Assembly: GCA_964016885.1 (NCBI GenBank)
Contig: OZ024751.1
Location: 3,844,001 to 3,908,000 of the forward strand
Length of the DNA stretch: 64,000 bases
Direction: 5' to 3'
Source: Eledone cirrhosa
Taxonomy: Eukaryota
Shown: positions 47,968 to 62,039 of the stretch, in pieces
Numbering within the stretch: position 1 is the stretch's first letter
How the letters are laid out: each line of letters opens with the position of its first letter
Translations under genes and position numbers: made by a program
The notes under the pieces: model-generated
Databases searched by the model: none
Told to the model about the DNA's origin: nothing
What the model saw: the letters and a program-made list of their open reading frames with translations, nothing else

Positions 47968-48603
47968 TCATTTTTTTCTGTTTAGCCTTGGCCTTCTAAG
48001 TTCTATTTCGCTGGCCTCTCTGATTTGCCTATCTGCTGGATCATTTCTATGTTTAGATATTATTTTAATTTCTATGTTGTCTATGTTACGGTCGTGTTGT
48101 TGTCTGGCATGTTCGTATAATACTGAACAATTTTTTCGACCTTTTAGTTCCCCCCAGTGTTGGTCTATCCTTTCACTTATGCTATGAGCTGTCTCGCTTA
48201 TGTATGTTGTTGTCATGTTTCTGCAAGTACCCTCTGTATATCTTATGCTATAGACTACGTTTCTAGTCTTACAGTTTATCCGGGGGTTTACTTTACATAT
48301 AATACATTTCCTATTAGTACAGTGGGTTTTCTTAAAAGGGTAGGTTTTGCTGATCGGGGATTTTATGGTGGTTCCTGGCTTTTCTACCACCTTAATCTTT
48401 AAGTGGGTCTTTCTCAGGGCCTTTCTACACTGGTTAGCTAATTTCCCTCTAGGGGTAGCGTCCACAAACATTACACTCTGGTATCTTTGGGTGTCGTACC
48501 ACCTATCTAAGCTATTCCATGATTTGCTCCTGTATAATGGGCAAATTCCTTTCATGTCCAGAAATAGCCGTCGAAACGGCTTGAGCTCTGCCGTCGGAGT
48601 CAT
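47968..48603 (-). pseudogene. PLE linker plus GIY-YIG endonuclease fragment
   Basis: VMFVDATP..CTNRKCIICK..NCKTRNVVYSI..YISETAHSISERI..RQIREA..PRLNRK; same family as 9522-9908. Confidence 0.87.
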
Positions 48604-50062
48604 ACTTTTTCCTATATATATATATTGTTATACTTGGGGAGGGTCATATTGTTGTAATAATATTGCCAGAAATAATAACAGAACACACTCACTGTTTGGT
48701 TGGTTTTCGCTTCTGTATCTTTTATATCTCCACAGTTAATTCATTTGGTCCTAAATGTTTACCATTGACTGACCAACGGTCAAACATACAGATATAAACA
48801 CATATATATATAGTCTATAAAGTTTTTTCGTGGTACATCTGCAACATCATCAGTGGTACTATTATGTTCCTCCTGTTGTATTATATGTCTATGCCATTTT
48901 TCAGAAAAATGGCGTTGACATAAGGAACATAACAGGAGGAACATAATAGTACCACTGATGATGCCTCAGCCCCATGGCCCTCTCAGGAATAAGTGGGAGG
49001 AGGAGAAGAAGAAGAAGAAGAAGAAGAAGAGTCTTCGCCTACTCAGCTATCCAGTCTCATTTCAAGCCGTCCTTACCATGCCTTGTCGCTGAATCCAAAT
49101 AATTCGGAGCGAAAGACTTATAACTAAGTCCCACGCAAGTCATGATATTGGACATAACAAACACAAACTTCTTGCAACCACAATCGGACAGCTGTGGCAT
49201 GCAGGTGTATTATGCACGTCTGCGACAATTAAATAGTGCTACTTCTATAGTTTTCTCGCTTGAAATTTGTAGTATAGTTAAGAACAGCTCGCGACTTTCC
49301 GACAGGTCTCTGTGCAACTGCCTCCTCCGTTGAAGAGACACCTAGCTGAAGTCACCTTCTTATTCCACCACCAAGAATAAGTCTAAAATGAAATATTCTA
49401 GAATATACTAATACTTACTGTTGGCAGCGATGAGTTTAAATAAGAATCCTAATACACGGTGTTATATTTAGAGATTCGACGAAGCTCCTACGACCCAGTA
49501 AAGGCAAAGCCCTCGCCTGTGTATTTAGTGTCCTAGTGTAGCTCTACAATATGCGTCCCCTTTTCTCACTCATGTGCCCCATTCTCCCGAATAAAATAAT
49601 TCCATCCTACAGTTTGGGAAGTTAACGAAACCTAGTTTACGACACTCCTTTCTTTAACATTACTAAAAATATTACCAGCCTGTATTTTTCACTACACAGT
49701 CTACACACACCCATGCCAATTCATGCTATGTTATAACACCGTATGACCCTCTCCACCACTTTAGATATTTCCACAACGCTGCTCCGTTGCAAAGATGTTT
49801 AGTGATTGATATATTGATGGCAGGAAATTATTCTATATTTATTTTAATTATACACATTTCTATAAAACTGATCCGTTAGGGTTCAGTAATGCCGCCTAGT
49901 TACCCTTGACGCCGACCCTGAGTAAGAGAACCTCTACGAGGACTCTCAAACTTCTAGAAATAGAAGCTAAATTTAGCTGAAATCATGTTATACTATGCCG
50001 GAATACGAGACAGGATAGTCATAACTGGAGTGCTCTAGATCTTTAGTCTATTTAATGAGAAG

Positions 50063-50243
50063 GCGGATAATTGACAGAGTTGTTAGAATGTCGGATAGAA
50101 TGCCTTGTGGTATTCATTTCCACTCTCTGAATTCTCTAAGCTCAAATCTCGCCGAGGCATTGCCTTTCATCCTTAAAATAAAGTACCAGTAATGCACTGA
50201 GATAATTGCTGGCCTTGTGCCAAAAGTAGAAACAATTATTATT
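50063..50243 (+). mobile_element. SINE family 1
   Basis: Head, core and tail match the other copies. Confidence 0.8.
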
Positions 50244-50597
50244 ACCATCTTCATCTCCATCATCATTATCCTTATCATCGTTATTATTATTACCATCTTC
50301 ATCGTCATTATCATCGCCATTGTCATCTTCATTGTCATTGTCATTATCATCTCATCTTCATCTTCATGATAATGATGATGATGTTCAAACCTGGTGAGGG
50401 GATGGCCTCCATCAGGTTTTTTTTTTATTTTAAAAAACAAGGAATCACTGTTATTGAAATAAAGAGATATTTAAAACAGGACACACCTAGTGAAAAATTC
50501 TAAGAGAGATAATTGTTGATATTTCCAAGGGAGACAACTTTGTCTAGAAAACTATTGCAAATCTTCATAGAATTCTTTTTCTTGAAGTTAACGATGA

Positions 50598-50830
50598 ATT
50601 AGCAGTGGAGACTTCTGGTGTCCTTGGCTCTAGGACCACTTCCCTACTCACCACCATCGGCACGGAGCTGGCTACCAGCAGGTGTGAGCCTCGTGAGCTG
50701 GAATGGCTCTTCCAACGCGTCTCCTTCACCATGCTCCGGAGAAGAGAAACGCCTTCTCTATTCTCTCCGCTGGGGCTGCCAGCCTGTGGGCTCACATTTA
50801 CTTATAACAGTGAGAGATGCAGAGAGCGAG
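50598..50830 (+). mobile_element. CRE-clade non-LTR retrotransposon 3' fragment (restriction-like endonuclease C-terminus)
   Basis: AVETSGVLGSRTTSLLTTIGTELA..EPRELEWLFQRVS resembles the CRE/RLE terminal motif (xETxG...FLxQRLSxAxQRGNA). Confidence 0.65.
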
Positions 50831-52262
50831 AAAGACGGAGGCAGTGACAGTGGGAATTTGATTCCATTATGTTCAGACCTAATATATATGTATATATTTA
50901 CATCACTTTATATTGACATCAAGAGAAATATTTAGTTATTTAGATTTCAGTAATTGGCAGATTGTGTATCTTATAGTTTCATCTAAATATTACCAAAGTC
51001 CATTTTAAAAGTGGCACTTTGTATTTCATCCCCTACGCGGGTGCACACACACACACACACACATATATAGGAAGAGCATCAAGCCGCAGAAACCAATCCA
51101 GAAATAGTTCTGTATAAGCAAGACATGATCACCTGATCAGATTTGTGTCACAACGTCAGGACAACTCGTCTAACCCATGCTAGGTTGGAAAATGGACGTT
51201 AAATGATGATTCCGTCAATGATAGTGCATGAGTAGTCTCCCTTTAATTGACTAGCTATGGCTATGGCACCGAGTTCTATTTGAGAAAAGTAACTTACTCT
51301 CGCGCACGTTTACATATTTATATATATATATATATACATATATATAAGATCGTATTTCGGCGGTGCCCAAAGCAAAGCGAAACGCAATCTTCAAGATATG
51401 CCGGCAAGCGCTCAATGGACTAAGAAGAACCCAGAGCAATTAACGGTTAAAATGAAAACTCGTTGTGAAGTCAGCAGCCGCCGTAGCCGAAAAAACGAAT
51501 CAAGCTAAACAGGTTAACAAATATATATTATATACAATTATATATATATGATTCCCGGGTATTTTATTAAAGTTACAATATTTGACCATTGAAATATGAT
51601 TGCTGAATTTTAACTAAAGTAGGAATTATAGCAGAATATTTATTGTCGTTTGTTTAAAGCAAATCATATAGATAAAAATATTATTAGTTTTGTCCAGTGG
51701 TGATTGTTTTAATACTCCTATTACAGTCAGCATATATAATGCTTCGCACTTGGAAGAATCATTAATTAGGTATGTTGTCAGTAAAAAGGGCATGACCAAA
51801 AAATAAATTTAGATTTTATTTATCCTATTTTTTTTTTTTTTGCATAATCAGAACCTCTGAAATTCAAACAAAGTGTGAAGGCTATTTTCAAAAGCAGAAA
51901 TAAAATAAAATAAATAAATAAATTTACCATTGGTTTATGAATGAATTTCTGTAATTCAGGAAAGTTTATTTAAATGTGTGTAAGTGTGGTAAATATATTC
52001 ATATACACCAGGAACCAAACTCCCAGTCACTGCCTCCATCTCTACCGATCTCCTCATCACTAACTATTATGAGCAAATGGGGCCCATGCGCTGGCCACCC
52101 AGACGGTGATTTGCTTCATATATATATATACATACATGAGACAGTAGACTGGGATATATGTCTCTAACTTAAGTACGGTGATAAACACACACACACACTC
52201 GTCTCTAATTTAAGAACGCTGAAACACACGCGCGCGCGTGCACACAGTCTCATTACGACTTT

Positions 52263-52328
<66 letters not shown>

Positions 52329-52761
52329 AACGTTAAGAAAGGAGTTAGTTAAGAAGCGTTTAAAAAAATAAATAAAAGTTAGTTATCGAACTATGCTATC
52401 ATTTTTCTGTTTTCTTTCTCTTGCCTAATCCCCTCTCTCTCTCTCTCTCTTTCTTTTGCTCTTTCTCTACAGAATGAAGAACAAAAAACAAATAAGTGTT
52501 TGCCTCGTTTGGGATACTGAGTTGTGGGAGGAGAAACGAGAGCAGTGGGAGGGAGGGTTTAATGTCCCCAGGGGTTCCATTATTGACGTCAACTGGTTAC
52601 ACACAGAGACAGAAATTGCCATTTATATAGTAGATATATATATATATATCATCATCATCATCATTTTACGTCCGCTTTTCCCTGCTTGCAAGGGTGGGAC
52701 GGGTCCTATTCAGCAGAGCATCTCTCCACTTGTCACGGCCCTTCGTCAAATGAGAATATTT

Positions 52762-53516
52762 ATATATATATAACAGAGAATGTCTGTCTGATTCCCTAAA
52801 ACTCGAGAACCACCCAACCAATTTTTTTCAAGCTTTTCACATGTAATACGTGAGTGTTTTGAGCAAAACATTTCAAAGTTACAATGCCCTAGGGACCGAT
52901 ATAGAGAGCTATAACGTCGCGCCCTTATAATATATGTCTGTATGTCTACCTGTCTGCATTACGACATCATGACACTATCTGTATTTTTTTAGGTTCAGAT
53001 CTCGTTAAGGGTGAAAACAGCGATTCTTCGCTTAAACTTTAATCTGTTATTTTAATATATATATATATATATATATATAATTATATATTCGTGTACAGAT
53101 ATTTTTGCATACACAATAACAAAATATAAACAAACGTATTTATTTCACGAGGCTCAATAAGGATAAATATATATCAAATATATAAGAACCCTAGAGCAAT
53201 TATGGTTCTCATTGCTGACGAGGCAGAAGGGGATATACACGATTGGCTGAAGAAGGACGAGACTGTGTTAGTAGTACGACCAACGGCCGCTATCACACTA
53301 ACAGCAGCAAAAACAACAAAAAAGAGAGGGAACGCAATTACATGCTTTTGAAAAATCTTAATGGAAAATTATTTGCCTATTCACCCAAGGCGACTTCACT
53401 TTTTATTAGGACTTCTGCATCAATTGGTGAACATACGACGAAACTGTTTCAGAAAGGAGGGATAAACATACCAATCTATGTTTAGAATCCCGAGCAACGC
53501 TGGGCCATTCTGCTAG
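52762..53516 (+). mobile_element. Non-autonomous Helitron-like element
   Basis: 3' hairpin CCCGAGCAACGCTGGG followed by CTAG|T at 53513-53516; 5' end lies in a TA tract. Confidence 0.6.
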
Positions 53517-53936
53517 TATATATATATATAAAGCCGAGAATCATTAGGTTTCCTAAATAGAATATTAGTCTACGACTCCATTTATACCATAAACGTGGTT
53601 TTGTCTTCGCGTGTAATTGTTCTCATCGATCCACATAACGACGCATTATCTTCGCTTTTTTTTCGTTTATTGCCAGGCAACGTCTTCAAAAACCAAAGTA
53701 TCGTATCGTCTTCCTGTTTTCCGTCGGCTGCAACGTTTTTCGAAATATTTACTTCTGCGTTCACAGATTGATTTTTTTAGTTTCAGAAGATCCCGTTAAG
53801 GGTGAAAGCAGCGATTCTTTGCTTAAACTTTAATCTGATATTTTAATAAATATTTCCTCTAGGGTTCTTATATATTTTATATATATTTATCCTTATCGAG
53901 CCTGCTTTGGATTTTAGTCTTCACATTTATTATTAT

Positions 53937-54009
<73 letters not shown>

Positions 54010-54351
54010 AAGAGAGAGCGTTAGTTCCACAACAAATCAGCAAACCATATACGAGCAGACGCGTTTCACCGAATGGATTTTCAACCCGTGTATGGCCATG
54101 GTGAGAACGGAAATTCATCCTATGGACTGAGTGCTCTACTTACCACGGGCATAACCTTCCGGTTTTGGTTTTTTACCACATATATATGTGTGTGTGTTCA
54201 TGCCTAGGAACACCATATACCTGGGTGTCGTAAGAAGCGCCAAAATGGGTTGGTGTCAATGACACCTGGTTTTCAAACATTGCTCCAAAACGTCCCATCC
54301 AGCCCATGCCAGTAAGGATAAATCAACGTAAAAATGACGATTATATATATA

Positions 54352-55288
54352 CTAGCCTTAAAGCCCGGTGTTGCTCGGGGTCAGTAAGTTACCAAAGTTA
54401 GGTTGCACCACCCATTTTATGGCAGCACTTTTTTGTCTGCCAGGCACTGGGTGAATGAATTGCAGACCTGGACTGCCGAAGCAGGAGCTGCGCCAGCAGT
54501 GACAATTGTAGTTTCGCCTATGGATATTATCCCTGTGCAAAGTGTTGAAATTTATTGTTTCACAGTACTTGCGCAACACGCGCATAGACAATGCCAGCCG
54601 AACAGAGCTGCGATGGAGTTGTTCTGCATGGTTGTCTGTGTTTTCTAAATTTAAGACAGTAGGGAGGGGTGTGATATGGGGGAGAGTTAGCTGCTGTTTC
54701 TAGCAGGTTTAGTGACCTCATAGAGGATATGTTTTCTAAATTTAAGACAGTAGGGAGTGGTGTGATATGGGGGAGAGTTAGCTGATGTTTCTAGCAGGTT
54801 TAGTAACCACATAGAGGATATTATTGTGTATAGTAAATGAACTGATACTTCTTTCTTCCACGTTCGTTGATAGATGTTTTAAAAAAGATTTATCGCTATT
54901 TTTTTTGTTGTTGAATAAATTTATCTGTTGCTTTTGAATAATTGTTGTTTCGTATGAAATGTAATAAGTTCTCTTTGTCATTGAAGTAAATAAATGTTTG
55001 ACCGTTCCACACTCAAAAACAAACGTTCTCTCTCTCAATCTCTCTCTTAAAGTTTAAGGGGAGTAGAGAGAGGAAATCTGATTGTATTAGAGGGGTAAAG
55101 CGTCATGTATTTAGTTTTATCGATTATTTCCGTAATTGTGGGTGAGTGAAATAAATAGTCATGGACCTAAGTTAGACAATTTACAACATTCTTACAGACT
55201 TTGAGTCGAATCGGTTTGAAATTGTGCAAATGTATAAACATGGAACATGCACACACACACACAACAACAACAATCTGCCTTTTATAGA
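54352..55288 (-). mobile_element. Non-autonomous Helitron-like element
   Basis: Minus strand starts TCTATAAAAGGCAG and ends CCCGAGCAACACCGGG-N8-CTAG|T; internal ~80-bp tandem duplication near 54640-54820. Confidence 0.62.
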
Positions 55289-55780
55289 TAATTGTTTTTA
55301 CGTTAGGCACAAGGCCAGTAATTACCCAGTGTATTACTGGTACTTTATTTTATCGACCCCGTAAGGATGAAAGGCAAAGTTAACCTCGATAATGATATAT
55401 ATATATGGCTTCCTATGCTTAGTTTGCTTGATTGTGAGTATATCCTGAGGGAAAGATGTTTGTGAAGTGTTCTTTAGAGTACTTTACTGCTACTTACCCT
55501 TCAGTGATTTTATATGAGATACTCTCTCTATATTTTTTGCTTCTCTGAATGAGATCTTTTTAGCGATCTCTTTTCATTGAGATCATCATCATCATCATCA
55601 TCATCATTTTACGTCTGCTTTTCCCTGCTTGCAAGGGTTGGAACGGGTCCTACAGCATCTCTCTCCTTGTATATTCTTGACAAATTTCATTATGTATAAT
55701 ATATATATAATGCGTTGAAATGTCAGTGACCTCCAACAGACAACTGATGAGGGGACTGTCCCTTGTTTGTGCTTTCCTTT

Positions 55781-55852
<72 letters not shown>

Positions 55853-56169
55853 TATATCTCTATATCTCTATAAATACAGTGTGTGTAACCGAAACTGCAC
55901 CAACATGTATAAATATATATGCATATGTAGACATGTAAGCATGCCAGAAAATACGAATTTCCCTGTGAATTGAAAAAATGATAAACATCTTTAATTGGTT
56001 TTGGGATCTTAATGGACCTTCCTCGAGGTAATCCGTATTTTCTGACATGTTTACATGCCTATATAGATGTGTGTATATATTTATACATGTTGGAGCAGTC
56101 TCAGTTACGCACTCTTTATTTATACAGATAAAACTTTATCATACACTTCGGCTCCTAGCGTACTTCTTA

Positions 56170-58340
56170 CTAAGAGAATATTATGGAACTTGAAGAACCC
56201 CACAGCCAATAACAAATTTAAAAGCATATTACATGATGTTTTTGACAGTAAGGAAGAGCAATTAGAGACATACAATATAGAAGAACAGTGGGAATTCCTG
56301 AAAGTTAACCTGTTGAAGGTGACTAATGAAATCTGTGGCTGGAGCAGACTGTTAGACAGGAAGAGAGCAACATGGTGGTGGAACAGTAAAGTGGAGGAGA
56401 CAATCAAGGGCAAAAAGCAGGCTTTGAAAGAATGGCAGGATGGGGGTAGTAGAGAACTCTATTGGGTAGGTAGGAAAGAAGCTAGACAACAAGTATACTT
56501 TGCAAAGAGGGAAGCAGAGGATAGTAAGTTCAAGCATATTCTACAATGCGAAGACCAAACACGTGAGGTGTTCAGGATTGCGAGGCAATGTGTCAAGGAG
56601 AACTGTGATATTGTCGGGGAGATGTGTGTCTGTAATGATGATGGTATACTTGCCCTCACTGATACTGATAAGAAAGTAGCTTGGAAGTGTCACTACAAGA
56701 GACTACTAAATGAGGAGAATGAATGGAATAAAGATAGTCTGCCCCATATTAATCCAACAGAATGACCAACGGTGCAAGTTAATTGTAGTGGAGTAAGTAT
56801 GGCAATAAAAGATATGAAGACAGGCAAGGTAGCTGGGCCTATGGGAATAGTTGCTGAAATGTTGAAGGCATCTGGAATGGTGGGACATACTATGGTCACC
56901 TGGATAGTAAACCAAGTAATACAGAATGGGGTCATACCAAATGACTGGCGTAGCAGCATCATTGTCAGTTGTTACAAGGGCAAAGGAGATGCCCTAGATA
57001 GAGGAAACTATAGGAGCATTAAGTTAGTTGACCAGGTCATGAAGGTCACAGAAAGAGTTATTACTCAATTGATTAGAGACCAAATTGATCTAGATGAAAT
57101 GCAGTTTGGGTTTGTGCCGGGTAAAAGCACTATGATCTTTTCCTTGTATGGCAACTACAGAAGAAGTACCTAACTAAAAGTAAACCCCTCTAATTACCTT
57201 TTGTTGACTTAGAGAAAGCCTTTGACAGAATCCCACGCACCTTAATCTAGTGGGCTCTTAGAAAACTAGGAGTAGATGAGTGGTTTGTGAGAGCTATACA
57301 AGCCATGTATAGAAGAACAGTCAGCAAGGTTAGAATTAACAATGAATATAGTGAAGAATTTAGCATAAAGGTAGGTGTTCACCAAGGCTCTGTCCTTAGC
57401 CCCCTCCTGTTTGTTATTGTCCTACAGGCTATAACAGAAGCGTTTAAGACTGGCTGCCCATGGGACCTCTATATGCAGATGATCAAACTCTCATAGCTGA
57501 ATCCATGGCTGAACTAGAGAAGAAGTTCCAAACATGGAACTATGGCCTAGAATTTAAAGGCCTTACAGTTAACTTGTATAAGACTAAAGTTCTAGTATGT
57601 AGAAAGGAGAAAAGGGCACAGGTTCCCTCCGGAAAATGGCCATGCTCAGTGTGTAAGAAGAGAGTAGGTAAAAATTCCATTCTATGCCCCAAATGCAAAC
57701 TATGGGTACACAAAAGATGTAGTGGGATCACAGGTAAGCTATCTAAGAATGTAGATTTTATATATGGCTGATGCTCAGGTGCAGTAAGTAGCAAGAGCCC
57801 ACTGCATGCTATCTCCTTCAACTGCCCACATGGTTCTATAGAAATAGTAAACATTTTCCTGGGTGACAAAATCAGCAATGGAAGAGGGTGCTCTGAAAGT
57901 ACAGTAGCCATAGTTAGAATGGGATGGAAAAAGTTCAGAGAGCTAATACCGCTGTTGGCCACAAGGGGTTTTACTCTAAAAGTGAAAGGCAGATTGTATG
58001 ATGCTTGTATACGAACAGCGATATTACATGGTAGTGAGACCTGGGCGTTGTGTGCTGAAGACTTGTGTAGATTAGAAAAAAATGAAGCCTCATGCTCCGA
58101 TGGACGTGTAATAGTAATGTTCGTGAACGGCAAAGCATAAACGAATTGAGAGAGAGACTAAGCATAAGAGGTATCAAATGTTGTGTTCTGGAGAGGAGAT
58201 TGCATTGGTATGGTCATGTGATGCGTATGAAGGACAACAGCTGTATGAAAAAGTGCAGAGTAATCAAAATTGATGGAAGCTACGGAGTGGGTAGACCAAG
58301 GACAACATGGGATGAGGTGATAAATTCCGACCTCACACAC
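56170..58340 (+). mobile_element. Decayed RTE-clade LINE (RT region), 5'-truncated
   Basis: TWWWN, KGKGDALDRGNYRSIKL, MQFGFVPG, DLEKAFD, GVHQGSVLSPLLF, LYADD, LHGSETW, RRLHWYGHV, GRPRTTW across broken ORFs. Confidence 0.93.
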
Positions 58341-58349
58341 TTTAATAAT

Positions 58350-58796
58350 AATGATTTCTAGTATAGGCACAAAGCCAGTAATTTGGGGGGAGGGGAAAAT
58401 CGATTAAATCAACCCCAGTATGTTACTGGTGCTTTATTTTATTGACCTCGTAAGGATGAAAGGCAAAGTTAACCTCGGCAGGATTTGAACTCAGACCATA
58501 AAGGGCGTAACTCTTTGCTGCAAAGCATGGTGTCCGACCCTCTATAGATACTGCCAATCCACCGCCCTTATATAATAATAATGGTTTCTTATATAGGCAC
58601 AAGGCCAGCAATTTGGGGGGGGGGGGGCTATTAAATCGACACCAGTACATTACTGGTACTTTATTTTATCGACCCCGTAAGGATGAAAGGCAAAGTTAAC
58701 CTCGGCAGGATTTGAACTCAGATCATAAAGGACCGTAACTCTTTGCTTACAAAGCATGGTGTCCGACGCTCTATAGATACTGCCAATACACTGCCC
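58350..58796 (-). mobile_element. Two tandem SINE family 1 copies
   Basis: Full head, core and tail twice (about 58350-58567 and 58580-58796). Confidence 0.9.
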
Positions 58797-58797
58797 T

Positions 58798-58829
<32 letters not shown>

Positions 58830-59089
58830 AATAATAATATATAAAGTTCTATAATCGATCATCTGTAGTTTTCAATGATGAACATTCAGCTGTTCCATCA
58901 ACTTGTTAAAGTGAAGTGTAAGTGGTTGAGTATACCACAGTTACCTGTACCTTAATGTGATTTTCAGGTGGAATCATCATGATATAGTGTGTGACAAGGC
59001 TGTACCTTTGACTTATATGGACTGTCTAACTAGTATTAAAAGTGGCTGAGTATTCCACAGCTATGACTACATCCATTTACATTGTTATA

Positions 59090-59370
59090 AAGGAGAGAGA
59101 GAGAGAGTTAGAGAAAGAGGATAAGAAAGAGGAGATGAGAGAAAGAAGAGAGATAGTTACAAAAAAGGAAGAGAGAGATGATGAGAAAAAGAGGATGAGA
59201 AAGAAAGAAGAGAGATAGTTAGAGAAAGAAAAGAGAGATGATGAGGGATAGAGAGAAAGAGAAAATGAAGGAGAGAGAGGGGTAAGAAAGAAAGAGAGAG
59301 TGAGCAAGGATGAGAGAGAGAGAGAGAGGATGAGAGAAAGCGAAAGAGAGAGAGAGAAAGAGAGAGAGAA
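59090..59370. repeat. Purine-rich (GA) low-complexity tract
   Basis: Directly visible; a similar (TC)-rich tract lies at 40066-40335. Confidence 0.85.
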
Positions 59371-60039
59371 GTCATTTGAAATAGAATATAATCACAATAT
59401 TAACAAAACTGGATTTATTCAGGAGGAAAAAAAAAGACATGCTTTGTGTTGAGAGCGTGTAGAAAAGAAGAATGGATTGCCAGTTTGATTTAGAATAACG
59501 AGGACAGAATTCAATACAAGTTAGTCGAAAAGATAAGAATTTGGTAGTAGAGAGTAGAAAAAATATTCATAGACATAGTCTGAGAAAGTATTATTATATT
59601 TTTTTTTTTTTGTTGTTAAATAACTTTCAAGAATATACCAAATGAAAAATATTCTGTGAGTCTTTAAAGTGATTTTAGTGTGAGAGGAAGAAGAGGAGAA
59701 CCCTGAGGAAAGATAGAAAGGATTGGAATAGAAACAAAATAATTAATTAATATTTCACTTCATTAAAAGGGAAATTAATGAACCCGAAATATAAATGAAA
59801 TGAAATTTGTTGCAAAAAAAAAAATAGAAATTTAATTCGTAAATTTTTTTTAAAATACTTAAATTAAGTTTAAGTAATAATATACGAGATAGTTTTTTAT
59901 TTTAAAATTTCTGTAAACTTCAGAAGAAAAAAAAGTTTATTATCTGTTTAATTATAAGAATTTATTTTTGTTTTGACAAAAGAATATCTTAGAATAAGAA
60001 CGATTTGAGTAAGAAAGAATTATAAAGTTAGAGGAAGAT

Positions 60040-60439
60040 AATGGTTTCTAAACTAGGCACAAGGCCAGCAATTTTTTGGGAGAAAGTGAAAGTCAATTAA
60101 ATCGACCCCAGTGCATTGCATCCTTAGATGAAAGGCAAAGCTAACCTTGGCAGGATTTGAACTCAGAATGTAAAGGTCTGTAACTCTATACCGCAGAGTA
60201 CATTTTCTGATACTCTACCGATACTGCCAATCCACCACCCTAATAATAATAATTGTTTCTACTATTGGCACAAGGCCAGCAATTACTCAGTACATTACTG
60301 GTACTTTATTTTATCGACCCCGTAAGGATGAAAGGCAAAGTTAACCTCGACGGAGTTTGAACTCAGAACGTAAAGGGCCGTAACTCTATGCTGGACAGCA
60401 TGGCGTCCAACCCTCTACCGATACTGCCAATTCACCGCC
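60040..60439 (-). mobile_element. Two tandem SINE family 1 copies
   Basis: Copies at about 60040-60240 and 60250-60439 flanked by (AAT)n; partial copies also at ~55290-55388, 60595-60672 and 62440-62537. Confidence 0.9.
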
Positions 60440-60473
<34 letters not shown>

Positions 60474-60859
60474 CAATATACATAAATAAATAAATAAATA
60501 TATAACTGCCATGAAGTAATTTGAGAGAAAAATGCGAATAAAATGAGAAAACAACTGTCAGAAATGGTACTGGAACTCTCATTCAACAAGTAGCGGCATT
60601 TGAACTCAGAAAGTAAAGGGCCGTAACTCTATGCCGCTAAGCATATTGTCTGACACTACCAATTCTGCCAAACCATGGCCCATGGACACTTGAAGATAAT
60701 GATAGTGGTGGAGAAGAGAGGAGGAATTGAAGTTGGAGGTTAAATAAAAGAAGACATTCATTTCTGGTTTGGTCTTAATTATATATCTAATTATATATCT
60801 AATTAGATCAGCAGTTAACAACTGACCAGCAGCGTCTCTGCCAAATTGCTTTATGTTGA

Positions 60860-61910
60860 CACATCAGAAGTCTTGTGATATTCCACTAGAGAGTCTTGTT
60901 ATAAGTATGTGACACTGACCAGTTACTTCACTAGTGTCTGGTCATAAGTATGTGACATTTACTAGTCACATCACAGAAGAGTCTGGTTATAGTGACATCA
61001 CCAGTCTTGTCATAAGTGACATTGACCAGTCACATTACTAGAGTCCGGTCATAAATGTGTGACATTGTCCCGTCATATCGCTAGAGAGTTTGGTCATAAG
61101 TGACATAGTCCAGTCACATCACTAGCATGTATTGTCATAAATATGACATTGACCAGTCACATTACTAGAGTCTGGTCATAAATGTGTGACATTGAGCAGT
61201 TACATCACTAGAGAGTCTTGTCATAAGTGACATTGACCTGTCACATTACTAGAGAGTCTGTTCATATATGTGTGACATTGACCAGTCACATTACTAGAGA
61301 GTCTGGTGATAAATGTGAGATATTGACAAGTTACACCACTAGAGTCTGGTCAAAAGTGACGTTGACCTGTCACATTACTAGAGAGTCTGGTCATAAATGT
61401 GAGACATTGACAAGTTACATCACTAGAGTCTGGTCATAAGTACATGACATTGTCCAGTCACATCGCTAGAGAGTTTGGTCATAAGTATGTGATATTGTCC
61501 AGTCACATCACTAAAGTGTGTGTCATAAGTATGTGACATTGACCAGTCACTTCACTAGAGTCTTGTCATAAGTATGTGTCATTGATTATTCATATCATAA
61601 GTATGAAACACCATAAGTATGTGACACAGACTAGAAACATCATAAGTATGTGACACTGACTAGTGATATCACCAGAGTCTTGTCATAAGTATGAAACACT
61701 GACCAGTCACATAAATATGTGACACAGACTAGTCACATCTTTAGATGTGACACTGACCATTCATATTTTTAGATAGTCTAGTCATAAGTATATGTCACAT
61801 CATTAGATAGTCTAGTCATAAGAATGAGACACTGACCAGTCGAATCATCGGATAGTCTAGTCAGAAGTTTATGAAACTGACCAGTCACATCATTGGATAG
61901 TCTTGTCATA
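60860..61910. repeat. Degenerate ~36-45 bp minisatellite (GTCATAAGTATGTGACATTGACCAGTCACATCACTAGAGAGTCTG)
   Basis: Repeated motif visible; resumes in degenerate form at ~62800-63240. Confidence 0.85.
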
Positions 61911-62039
61911 TAATTCTTAACCTGGGAAATGTTCCTGCAGGTAGAAAATACCAGGATTCCAGTAGAAAATTTGGGATTTCCAATGGAAAAATTGTTTCAA
62001 AGTCACATTGGTTTCTCTAGATTTGTTAAACTGGTTTAA

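Larger units (their letters stand above)
47259..48963 (-). mobile_element. 5'-truncated PLE with tandem pseudo-LTRs (47259-47735, 48625-48895) and a short terminal fold-back
   Basis: Direct repeats TTGTTATACTTGGGGAGGGTCATA...; hammerhead-like CUGACGA-U-GUUGCA-GAUG-UGCAAC-GAAA in the pLTR; hairpin 48845-48963. Confidence 0.85.
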
